A stretch of 64,000 bases of DNA from an archaeon (GCA_024277205.1 JAJRVP010000013.1:8735-72734), one strand, 5' to 3'. Positions 39,774 to 49,200 are shown, counted from the stretch's first letter. A program made the numbers and translations. The notes: a model not told the origin generated them from the sequence alone.

Positions 39774-40883
39774 ATGGGGCCCTACAAAGTCGATACTAAA
39801 CAAAAAGTTATTATTTATAAAGGGAATAAATTATTTCCTAAAACAACAAAAATAGTTGGTATTTGCGCACCAGATCTATCTCGTAGGCATTTGGATTTAA
39901 AAGAACAAAAAAGATTTGCAGCATTAATTCGAATTTATGGAGTGATTCATAAATATGTAAGTGAATTTATGGAAGCGGAGGGGGTAGTCCTTTTTGATTT
40001 ACCAATAACAACCAGGATGATATCCTCACCAGGTGCTTTAACAGGAACTATAATTTCTGATGTGGATCCGTTTAAAATAAAATTCTTTGATAACGACGTA
40101 TTTTTAACACAATCTTCACAATTATATCTAGAATTTGCAATAACGTGTCCTGGGATAAACCAAGTGTACTGTTGGGACAAAAGTTTTAGAAGGGAAAGAG
40201 CCGATTTTAGGCACTTACCAGAATTTACTCACATAGAATATGAAGGAAATATTGACTTCGAACAGAATTTAGAGTTGCAAGAACGATTTTTAAAATATAT
40301 CGTTCATTCTTTATTGAGATATAACAAAGAGGAATTGGGCACATTCATTACAGAAGAAGATATGGCCCAATTGCAAAAATTAACACAATTAAAAAGATTC
40401 AAAAGGATAACCTTTCATGATGCGTTCAAGATTCTCTATGAATATACGAAAGATGAAAAATATAAAACTCCAACAATCAATAATTTTGGGGCATACGAAG
40501 AGATATTACTTACTGAATTAATGGGTAATGAGCCTGTTTTTGTGACGAATTACATAGGGGATGAAGTTGCTTTCTATCATGCTAATATGAAAGAGAACCC
40601 ATCTCTTGTGATGAATGCAGATTTGTTGTTTCCGGGGTATGGAGAATTAATAGGTAGTGGGCAAAGAGTTAATACCAGGGAAGAAACTTTGGCAAAGGCT
40701 AAACACTTCAAACTTAACATAGATGATTATCAGGCATATATAGATTCTAGAGATCCCATAAATCCCAAAATTCATTCTGGATGGGGAATGGGAATCGAAA
40801 GATTCCTACAATGTATTCTCAAGTTACCTTATATCTGGGAAGCTAAAGTTTTTCCGAGAGTAGATAATTCAAATAGACCGTAG
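39774..40883 (+). CDS. class IIb aminoacyl-tRNA-synthetase catalytic core without anticodon-binding domain (archaeal AsnA-type asparagine synthetase-like)
   Basis: Motif 2 FRRERADFRHLPEFTHIEYE and motif 3 GMGIERFLQCIL...FPR typical of AsnRS/AspRS; no N-terminal OB fold; 369 aa. Confidence 0.7.
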   Translation: MGPYKVDTKQKVIIYKGNKLFPKTTKIVGICAPDLSRRHLDLKEQKRFAALIRIYGVIHKYVSEFMEAEGVVLFDLPITTRMISSPGALTGTIISDVDPFKIKFFDNDVFLTQSSQLYLEFAITCPGINQVYCWDKSFRRERADFRHLPEFTHIEYEGNIDFEQNLELQERFLKYIVHSLLRYNKEELGTFITEEDMAQLQKLTQLKRFKRITFHDAFKILYEYTKDEKYKTPTINNFGAYEEILLTELMGNEPVFVTNYIGDEVAFYHANMKENPSLVMNADLLFPGYGELIGSGQRVNTREETLAKAKHFKLNIDDYQAYIDSRDPINPKIHSGWGMGIERFLQCILKLPYIWEAKVFPRVDNSNRP

Positions 40884-40891
40884 GTGATTTT

Positions 40892-41719
40892 ATGGAATTA
40901 AAAGACATAACTCCTGAAAAAATAGAAAAAATGGATTATAATGAATTAATTGCGATTGTAAGAGAAACAAATAGACCCCCAGGAGGATCTAAAGTAATTA
41001 ATGAGATATTAATTCATTCTTTTATGTCTGATAAGAGTAAGATTTTGGACGTGGGAACAAGTACAGGTTTTACATCATTGGAGATTGCTAAATTGATTAA
41101 TGCTGAAATAATTGGTATTGATATAAATGAACTTGCTCTAAAAGAAGCAAGGGAGAGGGCAAAAAAATATGGATTCCACAATTTAAAATTTTTGAAAGCC
41201 GATGTAACAAATATGCCATTTAAAAAAGGATATTTTGATATGGTGTTTTGTGGTAATGTTACCTCCATAATACCCAACCGAAAAAAAGCATTTGAAGAAT
41301 ATAAAAGAGTCACAAAAAAATGGGGTTTTCTAGCAGCAGTTCCAATGTATTATGTTAAAGAACCACCTAACGAATTGATAAAAAGGGTTTCAGATGCGAT
41401 TCATGTCAATATAAAACCTTTATTCAAAAAAGATTGGATTGATTTTTTTAAAGACCCAGAGTATGAATTGTTTTTTATGAAAGATTATCTCTTTGATAAA
41501 AAAACAGATAAGGAAGTAAATAATTTTGTTGATGAGATCCTTAAACGACCCCATTTGAGAGAGTTACCAGAAGATACCTTCAATTTGCTTAAAAAGAAAT
41601 ATAGGGATTATATGATGCTTTTTAGAGATAATTTAAGTTATATGGGTTTTTCTATATTATTGCTCAGAAAAAAAGATAAGGAGATTGATCCAGAACTTTT
41701 TACCTCAACAGAGATTTGA
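40892..41719 (+). CDS. class I SAM-dependent methyltransferase
   Basis: Motif I ILDVGTSTGF and acidic motif II (IGIDIN); 275 aa. Confidence 0.7.
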   Translation: MELKDITPEKIEKMDYNELIAIVRETNRPPGGSKVINEILIHSFMSDKSKILDVGTSTGFTSLEIAKLINAEIIGIDINELALKEARERAKKYGFHNLKFLKADVTNMPFKKGYFDMVFCGNVTSIIPNRKKAFEEYKRVTKKWGFLAAVPMYYVKEPPNELIKRVSDAIHVNIKPLFKKDWIDFFKDPEYELFFMKDYLFDKKTDKEVNNFVDEILKRPHLRELPEDTFNLLKKKYRDYMMLFRDNLSYMGFSILLLRKKDKEIDPELFTSTEI

Positions 41720-42642
41720 GTTTTAGAAAGAAGATGTTGAATATGGGAAAAATTGATATCCACACTCACATTGGAAAAGATGTTTTATTTGATAATATGG
41801 ACATTCATAAAGAATTAAATAAAGAAACAGCAAATTCTCTTCTAAAAAGAATGGATGATTTCGAAGTTACTTATTCTGTTGTTATGGCTCAACCATTCCC
41901 CACATATTATGACCCAAACTCAATCCATCTTGAAAAAATGAAACCTTCTGGTAAAGATGTGTTTCCATATAGATTAGAAAATGAATTTATTTTATCTGAA
42001 TGTAATGGCAAAGATAGATTACTGCCTTTTTTATTTGTAGACCCTTCTGAAAAATTGGAAGAACAAGTGGAATACATAAAAAGCAAAATAAAGGGAACAA
42101 ATAGAATTTATGGAATAAAGGTGCACCCATTTGCAACACACAGTTATCCCCAAAGCATAATTGATTCGGAGCTTGTTGTCTTAATGAGGGCATACAATTT
42201 ACCAATTATCTTCCATTCAGGTTCTGATGTGTATTCAAACCCCCAAAATATCATAGAATTATCAGAAGCACACCCTGACATAAGGATAGATATGGCGCAT
42301 TTATGTGGATTTGATAGAGATTTGTTTAAAAACTTACCTGACAACAAAAATTTATTTATTGATATCTCTCCATTTGTTTCCTTGTGCAAATCCGTGATAC
42401 ATAAAGATTTTTCAGTAGTTTCTAAAAATTATTTGGAACTTGATTACATAGATATTAAAGAAGTACTAATTTATTTTGTTTCAAATTACAGAGAAAAATT
42501 GATGTGGGGGACCGATACCCCATGGCATAATGTGACAAATACGAGTTATGAAATGGAAAATACTTTTTTGGAAATATTATCTTTTGAAGATAAAAAAATA
42601 ATAACTGAAACAAATGCAAAGAAATTTTTAGGCAATTTATAA
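41716..42642 (+). CDS. amidohydrolase-2 family TIM-barrel metal-dependent hydrolase
   Basis: N-terminal IDIHTHIG metal-binding motif; downstream His (KVHPF, FHSGSD) and Asp (WGTD) residues. Confidence 0.65.
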   Translation: MSFRKKMLNMGKIDIHTHIGKDVLFDNMDIHKELNKETANSLLKRMDDFEVTYSVVMAQPFPTYYDPNSIHLEKMKPSGKDVFPYRLENEFILSECNGKDRLLPFLFVDPSEKLEEQVEYIKSKIKGTNRIYGIKVHPFATHSYPQSIIDSELVVLMRAYNLPIIFHSGSDVYSNPQNIIELSEAHPDIRIDMAHLCGFDRDLFKNLPDNKNLFIDISPFVSLCKSVIHKDFSVVSKNYLELDYIDIKEVLIYFVSNYREKLMWGTDTPWHNVTNTSYEMENTFLEILSFEDKKIITETNAKKFLGNL

Positions 42643-42653
42643 ATAACCCTCAA

Positions 42654-43673
42654 CTAAAAGTGTATCCTAAATACATCTTCTTCAGAATCAAGTTCAACTT
42701 CAGCACCCAGGGGTACTGTGATAATTGGATCTGTATGCCCTATATCTACACCATAACAAATTGGAAAATCATAACCTTTAGTATTTTCAAGTATAATTTC
42801 TTTGAATTTTTCAACTTCGTTTTGGTTATATCTGAATGGCCTACCAACAATTAAACCCTTTATTTTTTCAAATATTCCCGCTATTCTAAGTTCTGTTAAA
42901 TAAGAATCTACGTTTGGGAGTGGTTCTCCTTTTGAAAAATCTTGCCCTTCAGGGATTTCAATAAATAGAATTTTATTCTTGTGATCTGGCCAATATGGTG
43001 TTCCAATTAGATGAATTATTGAGGATAAACACCCCCCAATTATTTGGGCTTTTGCTTTTCCATTTTTAAGCCAAGAAAAACCAGGGTTATTCTTTAATTT
43101 TCTTGCTCTTTTTAAGTCATCTTTTTTTGCCCAATCTAAAATTTCATCTGTCCATCTATCAGATGGTACTACCCTTCCTATTTTTTTACCTTTAAGAACT
43201 GCTTTTAAAAAATAATCAATGGTGTAATCCAACGGTTTTGGAAATTCCCCAAATTGCGTCATAGCACAAGGACCATAAAAACCCATTAGATTGGATTTTT
43301 TCATTAAAGCATAGTGAATAATTGATATATCTGAGTATCCACAAAAAATTTTTGGATGTTTCTTTATTTTTTTAAAGTTTAGATACTCTAAGGTCTGATT
43401 TGCTGTATTTCCTCCAATAGTCGTGAGAATTAAATCTACACTTCCATCAAAAAAAGCACTGTTGATATCATTTGCTCGCTCTTCTGGAGTTCCAGCACTC
43501 CAGTCTTTAACCTTTCTGATAGTTCCAAATTCCTTGACTCCAAATCCAATTTTTTTGAGGGCTTTAATGGCATTATGTATTCTATGTGGAAAAATGGCAG
43601 ATAAACAAGAAGATGGTGCGATAATCCCAATTGTACTTCCTTTTTCTATTTTCTTTGGTTTAATAATGTCCAT
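42654..43673 (-). CDS. S66-family LD-carboxypeptidase (LdcA/MccF-like serine peptidase)
   Basis: N-terminal GSTIGIIAPSS and catalytic-serine motif FCGYSDISIIH, characteristic of peptidase S66 / microcin C7 immunity protein MccF. Confidence 0.75.
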   Translation of the reverse strand: MDIIKPKKIEKGSTIGIIAPSSCLSAIFPHRIHNAIKALKKIGFGVKEFGTIRKVKDWSAGTPEERANDINSAFFDGSVDLILTTIGGNTANQTLEYLNFKKIKKHPKIFCGYSDISIIHYALMKKSNLMGFYGPCAMTQFGEFPKPLDYTIDYFLKAVLKGKKIGRVVPSDRWTDEILDWAKKDDLKRARKLKNNPGFSWLKNGKAKAQIIGGCLSSIIHLIGTPYWPDHKNKILFIEIPEGQDFSKGEPLPNVDSYLTELRIAGIFEKIKGLIVGRPFRYNQNEVEKFKEIILENTKGYDFPICYGVDIGHTDPIITVPLGAEVELDSEEDVFRIHF

Positions 43674-43711
43674 GATTTTAAGAAAAAGTACAAGTAATAA
43701 ATATTTTATGT

Positions 43712-44134
43712 TTAATATTTGTTGATAATTCTTGCCAATTCTTTCAATTCTTCTTCATCTGCTCGGATTCCAATATTATTTGGTCCTTTTTCTGTTGTTA
43801 GGTAACCCAAGTAAGATTCATCATACATTGGATATAATTTGATATGAGCATGATCGATCTCCATCCCCTCAAATACAATGAATACCCTCTGGCTTCCCAA
43901 TGACTTAGTAAGTTTATCTGCTGTTTCTTTAACAGCTAAAAATAGAGATATGTAATCCTCTTGTGGCATATCAAAAATATTGCTTCCAAAATGTTTTTTT
44001 GGGATGACAAGAGATTGACCTTTTGTATTTGGATAGATATCTAAAAATCCTAAATTTTTATCATCTTCATATATTTTGTGATAGGGTTCCTTACCCAAAA
44101 CCATTCTACAAAACAAACAATCGTGATTTATCAT
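43712..44134 (-). CDS. HIT-family hydrolase (Hint-like)
   Basis: Histidine triad (IDHAHIKLYP); 140 aa. Confidence 0.8.
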   Translation of the reverse strand: MINHDCLFCRMVLGKEPYHKIYEDDKNLGFLDIYPNTKGQSLVIPKKHFGSNIFDMPQEDYISLFLAVKETADKLTKSLGSQRVFIVFEGMEIDHAHIKLYPMYDESYLGYLTTEKGPNNIGIRADEEELKELARIINKY

Positions 44135-44246
44135 GATGTACTGAAGTAATTATGTGTTTATATATTTTATCACTCTAAAGTAACACAGGTTAACAAAAAC
44201 TTTAAATATGGATTTTGTATTATTTTTAATAACTCGATAGTAGTGA

Positions 44247-46793
44247 GTGATTAAAATGGAATCTGATAAAAAGAGTTTTTATTTAGTGTTTGCGTATCCT
44301 ACTGCATCCGGTACTGCTCATGTAGGGCACATGAGGTCTTATACTTTTCCTGATATAATCGCCAGATATCAACGTCTGAAGGGAAAAAATGTTTTTTTTC
44401 CATCAGGATTACATGCTACAGGGGTAGATTGTGAGAATCTGTTTCAGAATTTTAAAGAGAATCCAAAAATCTGTGAAAAATATGGTTTAAACGTGGAAGA
44501 TTTGGCAGAAATAAATTCGCCATTTGATCTTGTTAAATACCTAGAACGTCGCTTTAAAAAATCATTCAAGGATTATAACTTAAGTTTAGATTATGATTGT
44601 TTTGTAACCACTGTAGATGAACCGTATAAACGATTTATTCAATGGCAAATTAAAAAATTAAGAGAAAAAGGGTATATAATAAAAAAAAACCATAGACTTC
44701 CTTGGTGCCCAAATTGTGAACACACAGTATCTTTGGATCCTGCAGAGGCAGATCTTAAATTTGGAGGTACTGCTAGAATTGTAGATTATGCATTAATTAA
44801 ATTCGCAGTTGATAATGAAGATAATGTTTTTGCCCCCATAGGTACATTACGTTCAGAAACTATCTTTGGTGCTACAAATCTTTGGATTTCTAAAAATACA
44901 GAATATATAAAAACAAAAATAAATGGAGAATACTGGATAATTTCAAAAGAAGCATTAGCTAATTTGAGAGTCTATGATAACAATATCTCTATTGAAGAAA
45001 AAATTGATGCTTCCGAATTAGAAAGATTGACTGTAATAAATCCAGTTAACTTGGAAAGATTACCAATAATAGCAACAGATTTTGTAAAACCTGAAGAAGC
45101 AACAGGAGTAGTTATGTCTGTGCCCGCTCATGATCCTTATGATTTCATAAATGTTAAAAAATTTTTACCAGATGCGAATATTAAAATTGTTGTTAATACT
45201 AAAAAAACATTAGAAGAATTAATCGATGAATCCAAACAAACAGAAAAGGAATTGGAACAAATACTAAAAAAACATTATTCGGAAGAAAACAGAGGGACTA
45301 TGTTGGAATTCACAGGAAAATATGCTGGGATGAAAGCTTCAGAAGCAAGAAAAGAGTTGATTTCTGATCTAATCAAAATGGGCAAATGTGATATTCTACC
45401 TACTTTATCTGAACCAGTTAGATGTAGATGTGGGACTGATGTCACAATAAAAATAGTTAAAGGACAATGGTTTATAGATTATAGCAATCCAAAATGGAAG
45501 AAAAAGACTAAACATCTTTGTGAAGGTATCCAAACATATCCAAATGATTACAAAGATGAACTTCTAAATCATATCATTGATTGGATAGATGCAAGACCAT
45601 GCACAAGAAAACACGGCATGGGAACGGAATTTCCTTTAGAAGAGGGGTGGTTAGTAGAAGCACTTGCAGATAGTACAATGTATATGGCTTTTTTCCCAAT
45701 AATGAAGTATTACAACAATGGTAAATTAAAGATAGAAAACCTCACCGACGAATTTTTTGATTATTTACTTTTAGATAAAGGGGAGGTTGATACTGTTTCA
45801 AGTAATACAGGATTACCTAAAGAAACACTGTTGGAAATAAAAGATTTTTTTGAGGAAGTATACCCACTTGATCTAAATGCGGGTGGTATAGAACATAAAG
45901 CAGTTCATTTTCCATTTTTCTTATTTACTCACGCTGCTTTGTTAGATGAAAAATATTTTCCAAAATCCATTTTCCTAAATTGGCATGTTGTAGTTGAAGG
46001 GGAAAAGATGAGTAAAAGTAAGGGGAATGTGGTATTTTGGGATGATTTAATTAAACGCTATAAAAATGATCAGATAAGATATTATATAACTGCATCCACT
46101 AACCAATGGAGTAATTTCGACTGGCAAGAGAAAGAGTTAGTCGCTTATGCTAATAGGTATAATAAGCTTGTTAGCAACATTGAGGATATTTTAGAAAGGG
46201 TGGAACATTTAGATAAAATATCTGATAAGGACCATATAGATGAATGGCTTTTATCAAAACAGGATACGTTTATTAATGAGGCAACAAAAAACATGGAAAA
46301 TTATAACTTGAGAAACGTTCTCCATATTGTAGCATATGAGATGACAGAAACAATTAATTGGTATTTAGAGCGTGGTGGGTCAAATAAAGAAGTAGCGGAA
46401 GGATTTGTTTTTAATCAATTAGCTATGCTGACACCATTCTTGCCAGAAACTGTTGAAGATCTTAGTAAGAGTGTAAATTTGAGTATAGATCACTGGCCAG
46501 AATCCAACGGTGTCCAAAATAAAAAAATAGAAATGATAGAGGATTCAATTAAAAAAACAATAGAAGATATAAACAATGTTAAACGCATAAGCTCTGGCGA
46601 ACATCAAAGGTGTATACTTTATGTTGTTAGTGAAGTAGAGAAAAAAGTGTATGAATCTGCATTGCCATTGATAAAAGATAAAGTTGGTATCCCCGAAGTA
46701 ATGGTTTATCAGGTAAACGAAAAGAATGTTGAAGATCCTTTGGAAAAATCCAAAAAAGCAAAATTTTGTAGGCCGGGATTATTTTTGGATTGA
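44247..46793 (+). CDS. leuS: leucyl-tRNA synthetase, archaeal/eukaryal type, short form (848 aa)
   Basis: HIGH-type motif (PTASGTAHVGHM), KMSKS (KMSKSKGN); N-terminus strongly LeuRS-like; shorter than typical archaeal LeuRS (about 950 aa). Confidence 0.8.
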   Translation: MIKMESDKKSFYLVFAYPTASGTAHVGHMRSYTFPDIIARYQRLKGKNVFFPSGLHATGVDCENLFQNFKENPKICEKYGLNVEDLAEINSPFDLVKYLERRFKKSFKDYNLSLDYDCFVTTVDEPYKRFIQWQIKKLREKGYIIKKNHRLPWCPNCEHTVSLDPAEADLKFGGTARIVDYALIKFAVDNEDNVFAPIGTLRSETIFGATNLWISKNTEYIKTKINGEYWIISKEALANLRVYDNNISIEEKIDASELERLTVINPVNLERLPIIATDFVKPEEATGVVMSVPAHDPYDFINVKKFLPDANIKIVVNTKKTLEELIDESKQTEKELEQILKKHYSEENRGTMLEFTGKYAGMKASEARKELISDLIKMGKCDILPTLSEPVRCRCGTDVTIKIVKGQWFIDYSNPKWKKKTKHLCEGIQTYPNDYKDELLNHIIDWIDARPCTRKHGMGTEFPLEEGWLVEALADSTMYMAFFPIMKYYNNGKLKIENLTDEFFDYLLLDKGEVDTVSSNTGLPKETLLEIKDFFEEVYPLDLNAGGIEHKAVHFPFFLFTHAALLDEKYFPKSIFLNWHVVVEGEKMSKSKGNVVFWDDLIKRYKNDQIRYYITASTNQWSNFDWQEKELVAYANRYNKLVSNIEDILERVEHLDKISDKDHIDEWLLSKQDTFINEATKNMENYNLRNVLHIVAYEMTETINWYLERGGSNKEVAEGFVFNQLAMLTPFLPETVEDLSKSVNLSIDHWPESNGVQNKKIEMIEDSIKKTIEDINNVKRISSGEHQRCILYVVSEVEKKVYESALPLIKDKVGIPEVMVYQVNEKNVEDPLEKSKKAKFCRPGLFLD

Positions 46794-46797
46794 TAAA

Positions 46798-47313
46798 ATG
46801 GAATTTATATATGAAAAAAAGGTATTCAGGATTGATAGAGAAGTATATGCTACTATCTGCGATTTTTTTGAAAGTTATTCTTTTTATCGAATAAATGAGA
46901 TATTCATTATTCCTAAATCAATAAAAAATAGGAGGTCTCAGATTAATAGGATGCGAGTAGAAACTAACCACCTAAGATATCCAGTTAATGTAAAAATTAA
47001 TGAACGTGGTAATTTAAGGGAGTATTATATAAGAAGTTTTGGTTCTGATTTCAATCTTGTTTTATTTGAATGGTATGAAACTTGGGATAAACCATTTAGA
47101 GTTTATTCGTTGGGTAAGGGACTTTATAATAACAGAGAAGTGGCATTACTGGCATTAGCCCAAGCTTTTGGAGAAAAAGAGAAACTTATTGTTTTGGCAG
47201 ATGAATTAAAAAAGAAGGGTGAAAATTTATTTAGTGAACTAGAAATAACCATCTCCACAGAATTTCATTCATCATGTTTAAGAATTGCGGGCGTGGTTCA
47301 AGATGAATATTGA
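46798..47313 (+). CDS. hypothetical protein (about 171 aa from MEFIY)
   Basis: ORF immediately after the LeuRS stop; could be a split C-terminal module or unrelated. Confidence 0.4.
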   Translation: MEFIYEKKVFRIDREVYATICDFFESYSFYRINEIFIIPKSIKNRRSQINRMRVETNHLRYPVNVKINERGNLREYYIRSFGSDFNLVLFEWYETWDKPFRVYSLGKGLYNNREVALLALAQAFGEKEKLIVLADELKKKGENLFSELEITISTEFHSSCLRIAGVVQDEY

Positions 47314-48535
47314 GGGTAAACTTAAAGAAATGAAAAAAACACTAGAATTGGCTGAAGTAATTGATCTTGGGGGATATGGTAAGGGACTGCCCCTATGGCT
47401 GCCTTATGGGTTAAAAATTGCTGAAAGGATAAATGACTTATTTATTGCTCACTTACAAAAAAAATTAGATTTTGAAATTATAGATCACCCAAATCTAATC
47501 CCTCTTGAGGAATATTCCTCATTATTTGATAAAGTTGGTTTTGAAAATGTTTATGTTCTGGAAGGAGAGAAAAAGTATGTATTACGGCCAGATACACTAC
47601 AATTCAATTTCGAATATATTCTTCAAAAAGATATAAATGCAGCCTTATCTATTTCTTCTGGATTCAGAGTAGAAACAGGGATTACTGTTCCTCTTTTTAG
47701 GGATAGGCATATTTGGCCCTTTATTCAATTCAATAGTATGTGTGATAATACTGATCTAGAAAATTTGTTACAAAAGAATGTATCTGCTCTTGCCGAACTT
47801 TTTGAAGACATGTGTTTCCCATATTTCTTTGTTGATAGTGGTAAAAAGAGGAATTATGCGGGAAATCAAATAAATGGTATGACATTTATGGAAAGTGGGG
47901 AACTAACAATAATTTCGATGACGTATGTTCTATCAAATCTCTTTTCTGAACATTTTGGTGTCCCAAATAAGAAGATGATAGATTCGGGTTATACTGAAAA
48001 ATTAGTTGGTATGTTAGCTATTCTTCACAGAGATGAAAATGGACTTATTCTTCCAAGTAAAATTGCGCCCTACAACATAGTTTGTTTTTCACGGGAAGGT
48101 AATATTCATCCAGATATTAAGGAGATGTTGAATAGTACCTCTTTTAGGATTTACTATGACGAACAAGAGGATAAAATAAAAAGGAAGTTTAAAAGATGGA
48201 TTAGGAAGGGCACCAATATTATTTTACTGTGCGAAAATGATAAAATTGTAAAAGTTGTTAAAAGGTATAATGATTCCTCAGAGGAATTTAAGAATGTAGG
48301 TAGGTTTGAGCAGATCTTAAAAGAAAATGACGATTTTCTTAAGAATAGATGTATTCATTTAATTGAAAGTTTGTCAGATAGATCTAAAGAACCGTATATT
48401 GCTAGTCTTTGTGATGGATGTGCTGAAAATAAAAAAGTTTTTGGGAGAATATATCCAGAAAAAAAAGAAAAATGTGAATTCTGTGGAAAAGAAGGAGTTA
48501 AATACTTAGTTACAAATGTGTCAAGAATATACTAA
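47285..48535 (+). CDS. truncated/divergent class IIa aaRS paralog, ProRS-like (416 aa) with C-terminal Zn ribbon and terminal Tyr
   Basis: ProRS-like motif-2 region (FRVETGITVPLFRDRHIWPF), motif-3/anticodon-domain junction (LILPSKIAPYNIV), C-terminal CDGC...CEFC and final ...RIY as in archaeal-type ProRS. Confidence 0.5.
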   Translation: MRAWFKMNIEGKLKEMKKTLELAEVIDLGGYGKGLPLWLPYGLKIAERINDLFIAHLQKKLDFEIIDHPNLIPLEEYSSLFDKVGFENVYVLEGEKKYVLRPDTLQFNFEYILQKDINAALSISSGFRVETGITVPLFRDRHIWPFIQFNSMCDNTDLENLLQKNVSALAELFEDMCFPYFFVDSGKKRNYAGNQINGMTFMESGELTIISMTYVLSNLFSEHFGVPNKKMIDSGYTEKLVGMLAILHRDENGLILPSKIAPYNIVCFSREGNIHPDIKEMLNSTSFRIYYDEQEDKIKRKFKRWIRKGTNIILLCENDKIVKVVKRYNDSSEEFKNVGRFEQILKENDDFLKNRCIHLIESLSDRSKEPYIASLCDGCAENKKVFGRIYPEKKEKCEFCGKEGVKYLVTNVSRIY

Positions 48536-48539
48536 AGAA

Positions 48540-48724
48540 AGCCTCGGGAGGGACTTTCACGCACCCACGGAAATTCTTTCCGTGCACGCTTTCTTTTTAA
48601 GAAAGGGTGCTTTCGAACCCTCGACCCCCAGCTTACAAGGCTGGTGCTCTGGCCAATTGCTCCAACACCTTCTTTTGGTGCAGCTTTTCTTCCAAAGAAA
48701 AGGTGCTAGCTGAGCTACCGAGGC
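48540..48724 (-). tRNA. tRNA-Thr (anticodon UGU) with two introns (D-loop and T-loop)
   Basis: Minus-strand hand fold: acceptor GCCTCGG/CCGAGGC, D-stem GCTC/GAGC, anticodon arm CCAGC-CTTGTAA-GCTGG, T-stem GAGGG/CCCTC; about 50-nt insertions interrupt the D-loop and T-loop. Confidence 0.65.
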
Positions 48725-48797
48725 TTTTGTGTACTTTCCGTACACGCTTTTTCAAAGGGTGTAATTATTTAAATATTTTGATTGTATTCTTATTTTA

Positions 48798-49022
48798 ATG
48801 AAAATAAAACCTTTTGGAACAAGAGATATAATCAGAATTGTTATAACTTTGATAATAACATTGCTTGTTGGCATTTTTGTTGCACCAATTCAATCTTGGG
48901 TTTTAATATTGGCAATAGGAGTTTTAATCTATACTCTTTTACTTGAATTAATTAAATTTTATGCAGGCCTAAAAAATTTGAGAAAGAAGAAATTTGAAGT
49001 GGCAACTATCCAATTCGAATAA
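48798..49022 (+). CDS. small membrane protein (74 aa)
   Basis: Two predicted TM helices. Confidence 0.35.
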   Translation: MKIKPFGTRDIIRIVITLIITLLVGIFVAPIQSWVLILAIGVLIYTLLLELIKFYAGLKNLRKKKFEVATIQFE

Positions 49023-49200
49023 CTTCCCAACCATTGTCTTTTAACCTACATAGATGAATTGCACCACAAACTTCGCAGAAGTATTTTGTTTCTCCAGTTT
49101 TTTTGTTGATAACCATGTATTCTGCATGTTTTCCACACCCAGGACAGCGCGGAATTATACTGACAATTTTTACATCACTCATCCTTTTATTCACCCACAC
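49006..49200 (-). CDS. small Zn-ribbon protein (64 aa)
   Basis: CPGCG...x19...CEVCG. Confidence 0.4.
   Translation of the reverse strand: MWVNKRMSDVKIVSIIPRCPGCGKHAEYMVINKKTGETKYFCEVCGAIHLCRLKDNGWEVIRIG

Noticed and set aside
48516-48798. Three overlapping plus- and minus-strand ORFs (65, 62 and 63 aa) over this interval
   Set aside because: The interval folds convincingly as an intron-containing tRNA-Thr on the minus strand. The ORFs have odd composition and no motifs.
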